A DNA stretch of 40,000 nt from Candidatus Altimarinota bacterium (GTDB lineage Bacteria; Patescibacteriota; Gracilibacteria; CAIRYL01; GCA-016699755). Shown one piece after another: positions 25,971 to 34,574 of the stretch. The stretch spans positions 580,667 through 620,666 of the forward strand of contig OY760935.1 of assembly GCA_963664295.1 (NCBI GenBank), given 5' to 3'. A program made the translations under genes and the position numbers. The number at the start of each line of letters is the position of its first letter. The stretch's first letter is position 1. The notes under the pieces are model-generated. The model worked only from the letters and a program-made list of their open reading frames with translations. It searched no databases and was not told where the DNA came from.

Positions 25971-25994
25971 TTAGTTTAATATTTTTTCTGACTT

Positions 25995-26051
25995 GCGCAC
26001 GCTTGTTTTTTGCGTGCTCTATTCATATTGCGACCACTCTGCCATCTCTCC
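25995..26051 (-). pseudogene. Degenerate 5' fragment of tRNA-Ser (first 21 nt exact, plus an anticodon-arm-like hairpin)
   Basis: GGAGAGATGGCAGAGTGGTCG (26051..26031) equals tRNA-Ser positions 1-21. It is followed by GCACGC-AAAAAACAA-GCGTGC, which echoes the anticodon stem CACGC/GCGTG. There is no T arm. Confidence 0.75.
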
Positions 26052-26125
26052 TGAAAAATCAAGATACAAAAAAGACGCTTTTAATTTATATTTTTCGCGC
26101 CTTTTAATCAAACAAAATTATTTAT

Positions 26126-26314
26126 CTATGCTTTATTTAATGTTTTTAAGCATTTTGTGCATATTTTTTTTCTTGAAAATGCTTTTTTTACAGGATCCCA
26201 AATTCTTTTTCTAATCAAATTTGGCAAAAATTTTCTTTTTGTCCTGCGAACAGAATGACTAACATTATTTCCTGTTGAGCTTTTTTTCCCGCACATTTCA
26301 CATACTTTTGCCAT
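26126..26314 (-). CDS. rpmB: 50S ribosomal protein L28 (bL28)
   Basis: MAKVCEMCGKKSSTGNNVSHSVRRTKRKFLPNL. Confidence 0.9.
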   Translation of the reverse strand: MAKVCEMCGKKSSTGNNVSHSVRRTKRKFLPNLIRKRIWDPVKKAFSRKKICTKCLKTLNKA

Positions 26315-26377
26315 TGTTTTTTTTAATATATCTTTTAAAATGCTAAGAGATTTTCTATTATTTTTCGTATTTAGTCA

Positions 26378-27019
26378 ATGAATTTTTTAGGTTTTGAGTC
26401 TTTAACAGGTTTACTTATATTTTCAGCTATATTTTTATTCTCTATTTCTTTCCATGAAGCTGCTCATGCTTATGTGGCTTATCAGCTTGGTGATCCTACT
26501 GCAAAAATAAATGGTAGAATTACTTTAAATCCACTTAAGCATCTTGACCTTCTTGGTGCTTTGGCATTTTTCATTATTGGTGTTGGCTGGGCTAAACCTG
26601 TACCTATCAATCCTAATAATTTTCAAAATCGCAGAAAAGGCATTATGCTCAGCTCTCTTGCTGGTCCTGTGTCTAATTTCTTTCTTGCTTTATGTGGTGG
26701 ATTACTATTTGCAATTGCTATAAATTTTTCCTGGCTCTTACTTGTTGCTATTGCCAATGGAATTATTTTTATTAACACCTTGTTAATGATTTTTAATTTA
26801 ATTCCTATTCCTCCTTTGGATGGAGCTGGGGTTTTGGGATATTTTATTCCTCGTAGATATCGCGAACAATGGAACAATTTTGAAGAAAATGGCTCAATGG
26901 TCTTACTTATCATCATTGGTATTCAGTTCTTTTTTAATATTCCTATTTTTTATTGGATTATCTTTGTTCCTGCTAATTATATTATGTACTTTATTAAGCT
27001 TATTTCAGGTATTTTCTAA
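26378..27019 (+). CDS. Site-2 protease family (M50) zinc metalloprotease
   Basis: HEAAHAYVA (HExxH) and NLIPIPPLDG, in a polytopic protein. Confidence 0.85.
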   Translation: MNFLGFESLTGLLIFSAIFLFSISFHEAAHAYVAYQLGDPTAKINGRITLNPLKHLDLLGALAFFIIGVGWAKPVPINPNNFQNRRKGIMLSSLAGPVSNFFLALCGGLLFAIAINFSWLLLVAIANGIIFINTLLMIFNLIPIPPLDGAGVLGYFIPRRYREQWNNFEENGSMVLLIIIGIQFFFNIPIFYWIIFVPANYIMYFIKLISGIF

Positions 27020-28267
27020 GTTTTTCACTATTCGTACTCGCTCTATTTTTTTGTCCCCCATTTTATCAACCACAATATATATTCCACCTAAGTCGATTTT
27101 TTCACCATTTTTTGGAAAACGACCTAATTTTTCTAGTACTATCAATGAAATTGCTTTTGAATCATCAGGATCAATGCTAATGCCAACATGATTTTCTATT
27201 TCATCTAAAGTTGCATTGGCTTCTGCTAGCCAAGAATTTTCAGATACTTTTTTAATATGGTCTATTGGTATGTCTGACTCATCTTCTATTTCTCCAAAAA
27301 TTTCTTCCATAAGATCTTCAAGTGTACAAAGACCTTCTGTGCCTCCATGTTCATCTACTATAATTGCTATTTGTACTTTTTCTTTTTGAAAATCTTTGAG
27401 CGCAAATGATATTTTGCGAGTATGTGGTATAAACAAGACATCTTTTAGTTCTAATGCTAATAATTTTTTACTCCCATCATAACTTTTGTGGTATTCAAGT
27501 AAGTCTCTAAGTGTAATTATGCCTATAATATTATCTAAATCATCTTGATATACTGGTATTCTGGAATGAGAATGATTTATTGCAAAATCAACTGCTTCAT
27601 CAAGTGTAAATTCTTGATTTAATGCGTCTATTTTGGTTCGTGGGGTCATTACTTCTGCTACTGTTGTATCAGAAAACTCTAGAACATTTTCTATTATATC
27701 TTTTTCTCCTTTTTTTAGCGCTCCACCTTCTTCGCCGATCTCTGCAAGAGCAAGTAATTCGCTTTCTACATCAGCCTCTGACAGTTTCTTTTTTTTCTTT
27801 TTTGAAACTAAATTGCTAAATTTTTCTAAAAACCAAACTAAAGGATAAAGAACAAGACAAAGATATTTAACAAAAGGAGAGGTAAAAAGAGAAAAAGATG
27901 ATGCATGTGTTTGGGCGTATGTTTTTGGCAAAATTTCACCAAAAACAAGAATTAATAAAGTTAAAAGACCTGTTGCAATACCAAGAGCTTGTGAGCCAAA
28001 TGATTTTGTCACATAAACAGTAGTCAAAACTGATGCTAAGATGTTTACAAAATTATTACCTATTAAAATAGTAATAATTAGCTTGTGTGGATGATTTTTT
28101 AACCACACCAAAGCAGAAGATCCTCGTTTTTTTTGATCTTTTAATGCACGCACTTTTGCCTCTGTCAAAGACAATAAAGCTACCTCCGAAGCAGAAAACA
28201 AGCCTGAGAGTAAAAAACTAATTAGAAGGAAAATTAAAATCCACAACTGCGAGTCTGGGTCGTCCAT
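27005..28267 (-). CDS. HlyC/CorC family transporter (DUF21 TM domain, CBS pair, CorC_HlyC C-terminal domain)
   Basis: N-terminal TM helices, TVAEVMTPRTKI leading into the CBS pair, and a C-terminal transporter-associated domain. Confidence 0.85.
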   Translation of the reverse strand: MDDPDSQLWILIFLLISFLLSGLFSASEVALLSLTEAKVRALKDQKKRGSSALVWLKNHPHKLIITILIGNNFVNILASVLTTVYVTKSFGSQALGIATGLLTLLILVFGEILPKTYAQTHASSFSLFTSPFVKYLCLVLYPLVWFLEKFSNLVSKKKKKKLSEADVESELLALAEIGEEGGALKKGEKDIIENVLEFSDTTVAEVMTPRTKIDALNQEFTLDEAVDFAINHSHSRIPVYQDDLDNIIGIITLRDLLEYHKSYDGSKKLLALELKDVLFIPHTRKISFALKDFQKEKVQIAIIVDEHGGTEGLCTLEDLMEEIFGEIEDESDIPIDHIKKVSENSWLAEANATLDEIENHVGISIDPDDSKAISLIVLEKLGRFPKNGEKIDLGGIYIVVDKMGDKKIERVRIVKNLENT

Positions 28268-28336
28268 ATATTTATAAATTCATGAAAAATTTTGCCTAAG
28301 TGAAAAAAATAAGTCAAGAAAAGAAAAAATTATTTT

Positions 28337-28364
28337 TTGACAATAATAAGCAATTAGTTATAAT
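28337..28364 (+). promoter_or_regulatory. Perfect consensus promoter TTGACA-N16-TATAAT
   Basis: TTGACA is at 28337-28342 and TATAAT at 28359-28364, 24 nt upstream of the ATG at 28389. Confidence 0.6.
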
Positions 28365-28388
28365 TTATAATTGCCTAATAACAATTTG

Positions 28389-28706
28389 ATGGAAAATCAA
28401 TTCAAAAAAGCTGAAAGAATTGATCCCCTCAATTTACCTAGCTGTTTAATAGACAAAATAGACAGTACTGGCTACACAAATATCTTTTTTTGCCCAAAAG
28501 GCTATAAACAAATTATTTTTGGCATAAGAGAAGGAGTAATGCTATTTTGCCCCCAAGCTTTTGCTAGTGCGAATATTTGTTTTCAAGATCATCAAATAGT
28601 GAATTGCCCCATTGGAGTTTTGGGTTATGTTTCTAGTGATCTTAAAAAAATTCTCACAGAAATTAGTGATGAAGTTTTAGATGAGCTAGAAAAATGTAAA
28701 ATTTAA
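28389..28706 (+). CDS. Hypothetical Cys-rich small protein, 105 aa from the ATG at 28389 (the track uses TTG at 28371)
   Basis: The ORF lies behind the consensus promoter. The TTG at 28371 would coincide with the predicted transcription start, so the ATG at 28389 is preferred. Confidence 0.55.
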   Translation: MENQFKKAERIDPLNLPSCLIDKIDSTGYTNIFFCPKGYKQIIFGIREGVMLFCPQAFASANICFQDHQIVNCPIGVLGYVSSDLKKILTEISDEVLDELEKCKI

Positions 28707-29332
28707 AGATTTTCTCCCCATTGTGCAGGGTTTTCTTTAAATTTCATAACCAAATCAATTTGTTCTTTGTTGATATAGCCTTTTTCTTCTGCCATTGGAA
28801 TTAATTCAGAAAAATCAGTAAGAGTCCAGTGTTTTACCTGCTTGCTGTCAAAATTTTCTTTTATAGCTGGCAATTGCCAACTCATTACAGCTAAAACCCC
28901 CAAAACCTCACATTGACCTTCGTTTTCTACTGCATCTACTGTGATCATAGAGCTTTTTGCAGTTGAAATAAGGTCTTCAATAATCAAAACCTTGCTTCCT
29001 TCTGGCATTCTTCCTTCAATTTGTTTTTTTGTACCATGTCCTTTTGGTGCATTACGAACAAAAACCATTGGTAATTTTAATCTATCTGCCAAAAAAGATG
29101 CCCATGGAATACCTGCAGTAGCAGTACCAGCCAAAAAATCAGGTTTTAAATTCTCTTCTTCCATTTTTTGGATTAGTGCTTCTATAATCCTGTCTCTTTC
29201 TTTGACAAAAGAAATTAAAACACGATTATCGCAATAAACAGGAGCTTTTATACCGCTTGTCCACGTAAAAGGTGGATCCATTTTTACCTTTACTGCCTCT
29301 AAATCTAAAAGAATTTCCGCTATTTGTTTCAT
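28703..29332 (-). CDS. pyrE: Orotate phosphoribosyltransferase
   Basis: PRPP-binding motif KVLIIEDLISTAKS, in a 209-aa type I PRTase. Confidence 0.85.
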   Translation of the reverse strand: MKQIAEILLDLEAVKVKMDPPFTWTSGIKAPVYCDNRVLISFVKERDRIIEALIQKMEEENLKPDFLAGTATAGIPWASFLADRLKLPMVFVRNAPKGHGTKKQIEGRMPEGSKVLIIEDLISTAKSSMITVDAVENEGQCEVLGVLAVMSWQLPAIKENFDSKQVKHWTLTDFSELIPMAEEKGYINKEQIDLVMKFKENPAQWGENL

Positions 29333-29338
29333 ATTGTT

Positions 29339-30133
29339 TTAAAAATAAATTTTTTGACCTTCCGGACCTCGCTTAAAAGATCCAAAATCACTTTGACTTA
29401 AAATAAAATCACCACTAACAACAGGCCCATCAGTACACATTCTTTTGCCGTTTAATACACACTGACCACAAACACCAAAACCGCACTTCATATAACGCTC
29501 AACAGAAACTTCGCAAGACACATTATTTGCTTTTGCAATTTCTGCCACTTTTTTCATCATCAATTCTGGCCCACAAGTTTGGATCATGTCTATTTTTTCT
29601 TTTTTTAGAAGATTTTCCAAGATATTAGTGACAAAACCTTTTTCTCCACAACTACCATCATCAGTGGCAATGCAAGTATTAAAACCACTTTCCTCACACT
29701 CTTTATTAAAAACAATTAAATCATCACACCTAGCACCAATAAGCGCATGTACATCACAAGCGTTTTTTTGATGTTCTTCACCAAGGAAGTGCAATGGTGC
29801 AGCGCCAAAACCACCAGCAACCAAAGCAACTTTTTTATTTTTTAACACAGAAAATCCTTTACCAAAAGGCCCTCTAATTCCCACGCTATCCCCTTCTTTC
29901 AGTTCAAAAACTTTTTCTGTAAAAGGACCAACCTTAGAAATAGCTAACCAAAGCTCTTTGCCATTATCTTTAGCTATTGAAAAAGGCTTCTCATCAACAC
30001 CAGGAAGCCATAAATTAACAAATTGCCCAGGCAAAGATCCAAAATCTTCGCATTCCAAAACAAAAGTCTTAACATCTCTGGCTGTGTCAGAGATTTTTAA
30101 AATTTTGCAGGTTTTTGGTAATAAGTAAGGCAT
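29339..30133 (-). CDS. PyrK-like FAD/NAD(P)-binding oxidoreductase with a C-terminal 2Fe-2S motif (family of the dihydroorotate dehydrogenase electron-transfer subunit)
   Basis: Ferredoxin-reductase-type fold (GQFVNLWLPG ... VALVAGGFGAAP) and the C-terminal cluster CGFGVCGQC...C. Confidence 0.75.
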   Translation of the reverse strand: MPYLLPKTCKILKISDTARDVKTFVLECEDFGSLPGQFVNLWLPGVDEKPFSIAKDNGKELWLAISKVGPFTEKVFELKEGDSVGIRGPFGKGFSVLKNKKVALVAGGFGAAPLHFLGEEHQKNACDVHALIGARCDDLIVFNKECEESGFNTCIATDDGSCGEKGFVTNILENLLKKEKIDMIQTCGPELMMKKVAEIAKANNVSCEVSVERYMKCGFGVCGQCVLNGKRMCTDGPVVSGDFILSQSDFGSFKRGPEGQKIYF

Positions 30134-31479
30134 TATTCGCCAATATTATAAATATCTAAATTATCTTCACCAACTCTCTCTACAATTTTATCAACAATAT
30201 CATCAAGAGGAAATGTTTCTTGTGCTCCTCTTTCCATATTGCGCAGAATAAAGATATTTTCACGCACTTCAACTTCACCAAGAATAATAGTCCAATCAAC
30301 ATTAAATTTATCTGCCATTCTAAGCTGTGCTTTCATGCTGGTTTTTCCCATAGCACCAAGAGCATGCACTCCCCTGTCGTTTAAATCTGCAAGAATTTTT
30401 ACTGCCTTTTTCTTTGCAAGATCACCAAGACAAGCCACATAAACATGAATTTTATCTTTGTCCGGAGGTTGCACGCCAGCTTCTTTAAGGTGTGAAATAA
30501 CTCGCTCCATACCAAAAGCAACACCAGCAGAAGGAGTTGGCTGACCGCCAAGAATTTCAGCTAAGCCATCATAACGACCTCCACCACCAATAGCATTCTG
30601 TGCTCCTTCGTTTTTATCCCAAAACTCAAAAACAGTATCAGAATAATAATCAAGACCTCTGACTAATTTTTTGTTTTCATTATATTTAATGCCAAGTTCA
30701 TCTAAGAATTCTTTTACTTTTTCGTAATAATCTTTGCTGTCTTGATCCAAAAAATCGTCAAATTTAGGAGCAACAGAGGCCAAAATCTGACAATCTTCAT
30801 TTTTACAATCCAAAATTCTTAAAGGATTTTTTTCTAATCTCCTCTTACAATCCTCGCACAAATTGCGCTCTCTGCCAAAAAAATGATTTTGCAATGCTTC
30901 TTCGTATGCCTTACGAACCTCAGGAGTGCCTATGGTGTTAATTTGCAACTCAAAACGATCTGCAATACCCAAATCTTCTAAAATCTTCACAGAAAGCAAA
31001 ATAACCTGCACATCAATAGAATAATCACGAGCACCAATTACCTCAAATCCAAATTGCCAAAATTGTCTATAGCGACCTTTTTGCGGACGATCATAACGAA
31101 AATGAGGCTCAATATAATAAAGCTTTACTGGCTGAGACCATGAGCTCATACCATTTTCAATATAAGAACGCATAATAGAAGCTGTGCTTTCTGGCTTCAT
31201 AACAAGTTTTTTGCCTGAGCGACTCTCAAGACAAAACATTTCTTTTTCTACAATATCAGTAGCATCGCCAATACCTCTTTCAAAAACTTCTCTATTTTCC
31301 AAAATAGGCGTACTTATGCGACGAAAACCAGCTTGCCTACAACGGTGGCGTACTGCCTTTTTTACAACTGTAAAATACTCATGATCAGCAGGCAAAATAT
31401 CCTTCATACCTCTAACAGCTTGAATTTTTGCTTGTTGTTGTTCATTTTGTTCATTTTCTGGTGTATTTTCTTCTGTCAT
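30133..31479 (-). CDS. hisS: Histidine--tRNA ligase
   Basis: Class II motifs are present: RGMKDILP, FRYDRPQKGRYRQFWQFG, GGGGRYDGL. Confidence 0.93.
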   Translation of the reverse strand: MTEENTPENEQNEQQQAKIQAVRGMKDILPADHEYFTVVKKAVRHRCRQAGFRRISTPILENREVFERGIGDATDIVEKEMFCLESRSGKKLVMKPESTASIMRSYIENGMSSWSQPVKLYYIEPHFRYDRPQKGRYRQFWQFGFEVIGARDYSIDVQVILLSVKILEDLGIADRFELQINTIGTPEVRKAYEEALQNHFFGRERNLCEDCKRRLEKNPLRILDCKNEDCQILASVAPKFDDFLDQDSKDYYEKVKEFLDELGIKYNENKKLVRGLDYYSDTVFEFWDKNEGAQNAIGGGGRYDGLAEILGGQPTPSAGVAFGMERVISHLKEAGVQPPDKDKIHVYVACLGDLAKKKAVKILADLNDRGVHALGAMGKTSMKAQLRMADKFNVDWTIILGEVEVRENIFILRNMERGAQETFPLDDIVDKIVERVGEDNLDIYNIGE

Positions 31480-31621
31480 TTTTGTTTAAAAACTGACGAG
31501 TATTAAAGCATATTTTTCGCAAAAAAGAAAGGTTTTGTTAAATTTCTATTGCAAAAATTAGGTTTTTTTAAGAAAATATACAGGCTGAAAACATAAGAAC
31601 AGCACTAAATTAGCTTATATA

Positions 31622-31697
31622 AAGGTGGGTAGCTCAGTTGGTAGAGCATCGGTCTCCAAAACCGAGTGTCGCGGGTTCGAATCCTGTCCCACCTGCC
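31622..31697 (+). tRNA. tRNA-Trp (anticodon CCA), 76 nt, CCA encoded
   Basis: AGGTGGGTAGCTCAGTTGGTAGAGCATCGGTCTCCAAAACCGAGTGTCGCGGGTTCGAATCCTGTCCCACCTGCCA. Acceptor stem is AGGTGGG/CCCACCT and the anticodon loop is CTCCAAA. Confidence 0.93.
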
Positions 31698-31725
31698 ATT
31701 TTTAATATAATTTTAATAGCTAAAA

Positions 31726-31754
31726 ACAAAAAAACCGCCTAATAAAGCGGTTTT
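31726..31754. terminator. Bidirectional hairpin terminator between tRNA-Trp (+) and rpsS (-)
   Basis: Stem AAACCGC/GCGGTTT, flanked by an A-run on one side and a T-run on the other. Confidence 0.6.
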
Positions 31755-31778
31755 ATAATTTCTTAATAATTATTTTTC

Positions 31779-32057
31779 TTATCCTCTGGCTTGTTGTTTT
31801 GCCATCTTACCACCATGACTTTTAAACTTACGAGTTGGAGCAAATTCACCTAATCTGTGACCAACCATGTTTTCAGTCACATAAACTGGAACATGTTGCT
31901 TGCCATTATAAACAGCAAAAGTATGACCAACAAAATCAGGATGAATTTCTGAGGCTCTTGCCCAAGTTTTAATAACTTTACCGCCTTTATCGGCCTGCTT
32001 AACCTTTTTCATAAGGTTTTCATCAACATAAGGGCCTTTTTTTAAGCTTCTTGCCAT
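31779..32057 (-). CDS. rpsS: 30S ribosomal protein S19 (uS19)
   Basis: [12 protein letters not shown] ... [28 protein letters not shown]. Confidence 0.96.
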   Translation of the reverse strand: MARSLKKGPYVDENLMKKVKQADKGGKVIKTWARASEIHPDFVGHTFAVYNGKQHVPVYVTENMVGHRLGEFAPTRKFKSHGGKMAKQQARG

Positions 32058-32072
32058 ATAATTAAACTAAAA

Positions 32073-32915
32073 TTATCTTTTTTTGCGTGTTCTACGCTTA
32101 ATAATAAATTTACTTGAAGGTTTGCGTGCTTTGCGGGTTTTTTTACCAAGTGCAGGTGCTCCCCAAGGTGTTTTTGGGTGCTTAAGACCAATTGGAGAAT
32201 GACCTTCACCACCACCATGTGGATGGTCGCAAGGGTTCATAGATTTACCAAGAACTTGTGGTCTTCTGCCTAATTTTCTTTTTCTACCTGCTTTTCCTAT
32301 GCGCACCAATGAATGATCCTCATTAGAAACTTCACCTATTGTTGCAAAACAGTCTTTATGAAAATATCTTACTTCTTTTGAAGGAAGCTCAACCTGAGCC
32401 ATATCACCATCAAGAGAAACAAGACGAGCGCTTGTGCCAGCACTGCGAACAATTTGACCCCCCTTGCCTGCTAAAAGCTCAAGATTATATATTCTATATC
32501 CAACTGGTATGTTTTTTAGCATTAATCTATTTCCCATTTTAATTTTTGCTTTTGGATCACATACAACTTCATCGCCTGCTTTCATGCCTTTTGGAGCTAT
32601 GATAAGCCTTTTTTCACCATCTACATAATACAAAAGTGCAATATTTGCAGTTCTGTTTGGATCATAGTGCAAAGAGTTTACTTTTGCAGGTATACCCATT
32701 TTATCAATCCTCAAAAAATCAATTTTTCTAATGTGTCTTTTAACACCTCCGCCTCTATGGCGTACTGTAATATGGCCATGAGAATTGCGTCCACTTGTAG
32801 ATTTTTTCTTTACAAGTAAATTTTTTGGGAGTTTTTCACTAGAAATCCCCTCTCGAACGAGATAACTCATTTTTCTTTGGCCGGGTGTGACTGGTTTTAC
32901 TACTTTTACTGGCAT
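32073..32915 (-). CDS. rplB: 50S ribosomal protein L2 (uL2)
   Basis: GRNSHGHITVRHRGGG ... MNPCDHPHGGGEG. Confidence 0.96.
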   Translation of the reverse strand: MPVKVVKPVTPGQRKMSYLVREGISSEKLPKNLLVKKKSTSGRNSHGHITVRHRGGGVKRHIRKIDFLRIDKMGIPAKVNSLHYDPNRTANIALLYYVDGEKRLIIAPKGMKAGDEVVCDPKAKIKMGNRLMLKNIPVGYRIYNLELLAGKGGQIVRSAGTSARLVSLDGDMAQVELPSKEVRYFHKDCFATIGEVSNEDHSLVRIGKAGRKRKLGRRPQVLGKSMNPCDHPHGGGEGHSPIGLKHPKTPWGAPALGKKTRKARKPSSKFIIKRRTRKKR

Positions 32916-32917
32916 AA

Positions 32918-33277
32918 TTATTTCTTAGTTTCTTTATCTTTTTTAGCAGGAGCTTTTTTTTCTGCCTTTTTGGCTGATTTTGTCGAACCTGCAAATTTCA
33001 ATACTTCAAATGAAGTTCCTTTTTTAAATTGAATATAAGCTTTTGCTTTTTCGCCTCTTTTTGTTCTTTCTTTTCCTCTGCCAACTAATTTTACCTTTTT
33101 TGGTGTTCTTGCCATACGCACAGAATCAACATTAGCTCCCCAAAATTTTTTAAAAGCATTTTTAATATCAATTTTTGTAGCATCTGGATGCACAAAAAAG
33201 GCAAACTGATTATTTTCTTGTAATCTCACGCTTTTTTCTGTGGTGACTTGGCCTACAACTACTTGATGTAAATTCAT
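32918..33277 (-). CDS. rplW: 50S ribosomal protein L23 (uL23) with a Lys-rich C-terminal tail
   Basis: Canonical position between rplD and rplB. TTEKS ... FFVHPDATKIDIKNAFKKFW. There is an ATGA-type overlap with rplD. Confidence 0.9.
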   Translation of the reverse strand: MNLHQVVVGQVTTEKSVRLQENNQFAFFVHPDATKIDIKNAFKKFWGANVDSVRMARTPKKVKLVGRGKERTKRGEKAKAYIQFKKGTSFEVLKFAGSTKSAKKAEKKAPAKKDKETKK

Positions 33278-33906
33278 TTTTTATCAGTAAAAATCTCTTC
33301 TGTTTTTGCTATAGCGTCTTTTAAGAAAAGTATTTTCTCTGCTTTTAATATGTCGTGAATATTTAAAAAATTTGCCAATACAACTTCTACATTTGGCAAA
33401 TTTGACGCACTTTTTTCAATAATCATGTCTTTTCCTGAAAGCACAACCAGCACTTTTTTTTCAACTGGTAATTTTTCTACAAGTTGAGCAAATGCTTTTG
33501 TGCTCGGTTTTTCTGCTTTAAACTCTTCTAGTGCTAATATTTCTTCTGCTTTTGCTTTTAAGCTTAATGCACCGAAAAGAGCTTTTCTGCGCATTTTTTT
33601 TGGCATTTGTTTGGTGTAATTTTCTTCACCAGTAGGACCAAAAACAGCTCCACCACCTCTCCATTGCGGAGAGCGAATAGAACCTTGACGAGCACGACCT
33701 GTGCCTTTTTGTCTCCAAGGTTTTCTGCCTCCACCACGAACATCACTTCTATTTTTTGCATAAGCTGTTGCTACTCTTTGATTAGCAAGATGACGAACAA
33801 GCGCTTCATGCAAAAGACCTTCTTTTGCTTCAACCTCAAAAATATCTTTTGGCAAATCTATTGTGCCTTTTTTTGCGCCGTCTTGTGTAAATAATGGTGC
33901 TTTCAT
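33274..33906 (-). CDS. rplD: 50S ribosomal protein L4 (uL4)
   Basis: GGGRKPWRQKGTGRARQGSIRSPQWRGGG. Confidence 0.96.
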   Translation of the reverse strand: MKAPLFTQDGAKKGTIDLPKDIFEVEAKEGLLHEALVRHLANQRVATAYAKNRSDVRGGGRKPWRQKGTGRARQGSIRSPQWRGGGAVFGPTGEENYTKQMPKKMRRKALFGALSLKAKAEEILALEEFKAEKPSTKAFAQLVEKLPVEKKVLVVLSGKDMIIEKSASNLPNVEVVLANFLNIHDILKAEKILFLKDAIAKTEEIFTDKK

Positions 33907-33911
33907 TTTTA

Positions 33912-34490
33912 TTATGACTCAATTTTTAAAACTACTTTACTGTTAATTGCTCCTGGCACTGAGCCTTTGATAGCAACTACATTTTTATCTGTATCAATTT
34001 TAATTATTTTTCTTCTATGTGTGGTCACTTGTGCATTTCCCATATGACCTGGCATTTTTAAGCCTTTTTTTGTTCTACCTGGGTGAACACAAGCACCTGT
34101 TGAACCATGTCTTCCTTCTTTTGTACCATGTGTATGGCGTGCTGTGCGAAAATTATGTCTTTTTACACCACCTTGAAAACCTTTACCTTTAGAAGTTCCA
34201 ACAATAGTCACTGTTGTAATTTCTCCTAAGTCAGCAAGAGTGACCTTGTCTCCTTTTTTAAACTCTTTTTCTGGCTTTGGTAGTTGTTTTAATGTTTTAA
34301 ATTTCTTGGTCTTGGTTGGTTTTTTGCAAGGATTAGCACCAATAACTATTGCATCTGCATTATCTTTATCGGCAGTTTTAATTTGTACTACCTCATTAGG
34401 TTCACAAAGTACAAAAGTCACTGGGATCATATGCCCATTTTCCTCTGCAATTTGCCCCATGCCTAATTTTTTTCCTATTATACCGGACAT
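33912..34490 (-). CDS. rplC: 50S ribosomal protein L3 (uL3)
   Basis: GIIGKKLGMGQI ... GTSKGKGFQGGVKRHNF ... GSTGA. Confidence 0.95.
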   Translation of the reverse strand: MSGIIGKKLGMGQIAEENGHMIPVTFVLCEPNEVVQIKTADKDNADAIVIGANPCKKPTKTKKFKTLKQLPKPEKEFKKGDKVTLADLGEITTVTIVGTSKGKGFQGGVKRHNFRTARHTHGTKEGRHGSTGACVHPGRTKKGLKMPGHMGNAQVTTHRRKIIKIDTDKNVVAIKGSVPGAINSKVVLKIES

Positions 34491-34515
34491 TGTTCAAATT
34501 TTTACAAGCCAAGCC

Positions 34516-34544
34516 ATTTTCGCTGAATTTCTGTTTGAAGTCAA
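34516..34544 (-). promoter_or_regulatory. Candidate promoter TTGACT-N17-GAAAAT directly upstream of rplC
   Basis: On the reverse strand, the -35 is at 34544..34539 and the -10 at 34521..34516. Confidence 0.45.
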
Positions 34545-34574
34545 GAGAATTTTATAAATAAAACTAATATTAAT

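Noticed and set aside
25418-25974. Small ORFs of 63-91 aa in the track across the tRNA-Ser region (25418-25609, 25440-25643, 25640-25915, 25737-25964, 25771-25974)
   Set aside because: They overlap tRNA-Ser and the duplicated 83-nt element on both strands. Their shared peptide stretches (for example ARSKFSCQRHEVLLLRMRNRDKNPWVR) are just the repeat read in frame. The region has RNA-like GC-rich stems, not coding character.
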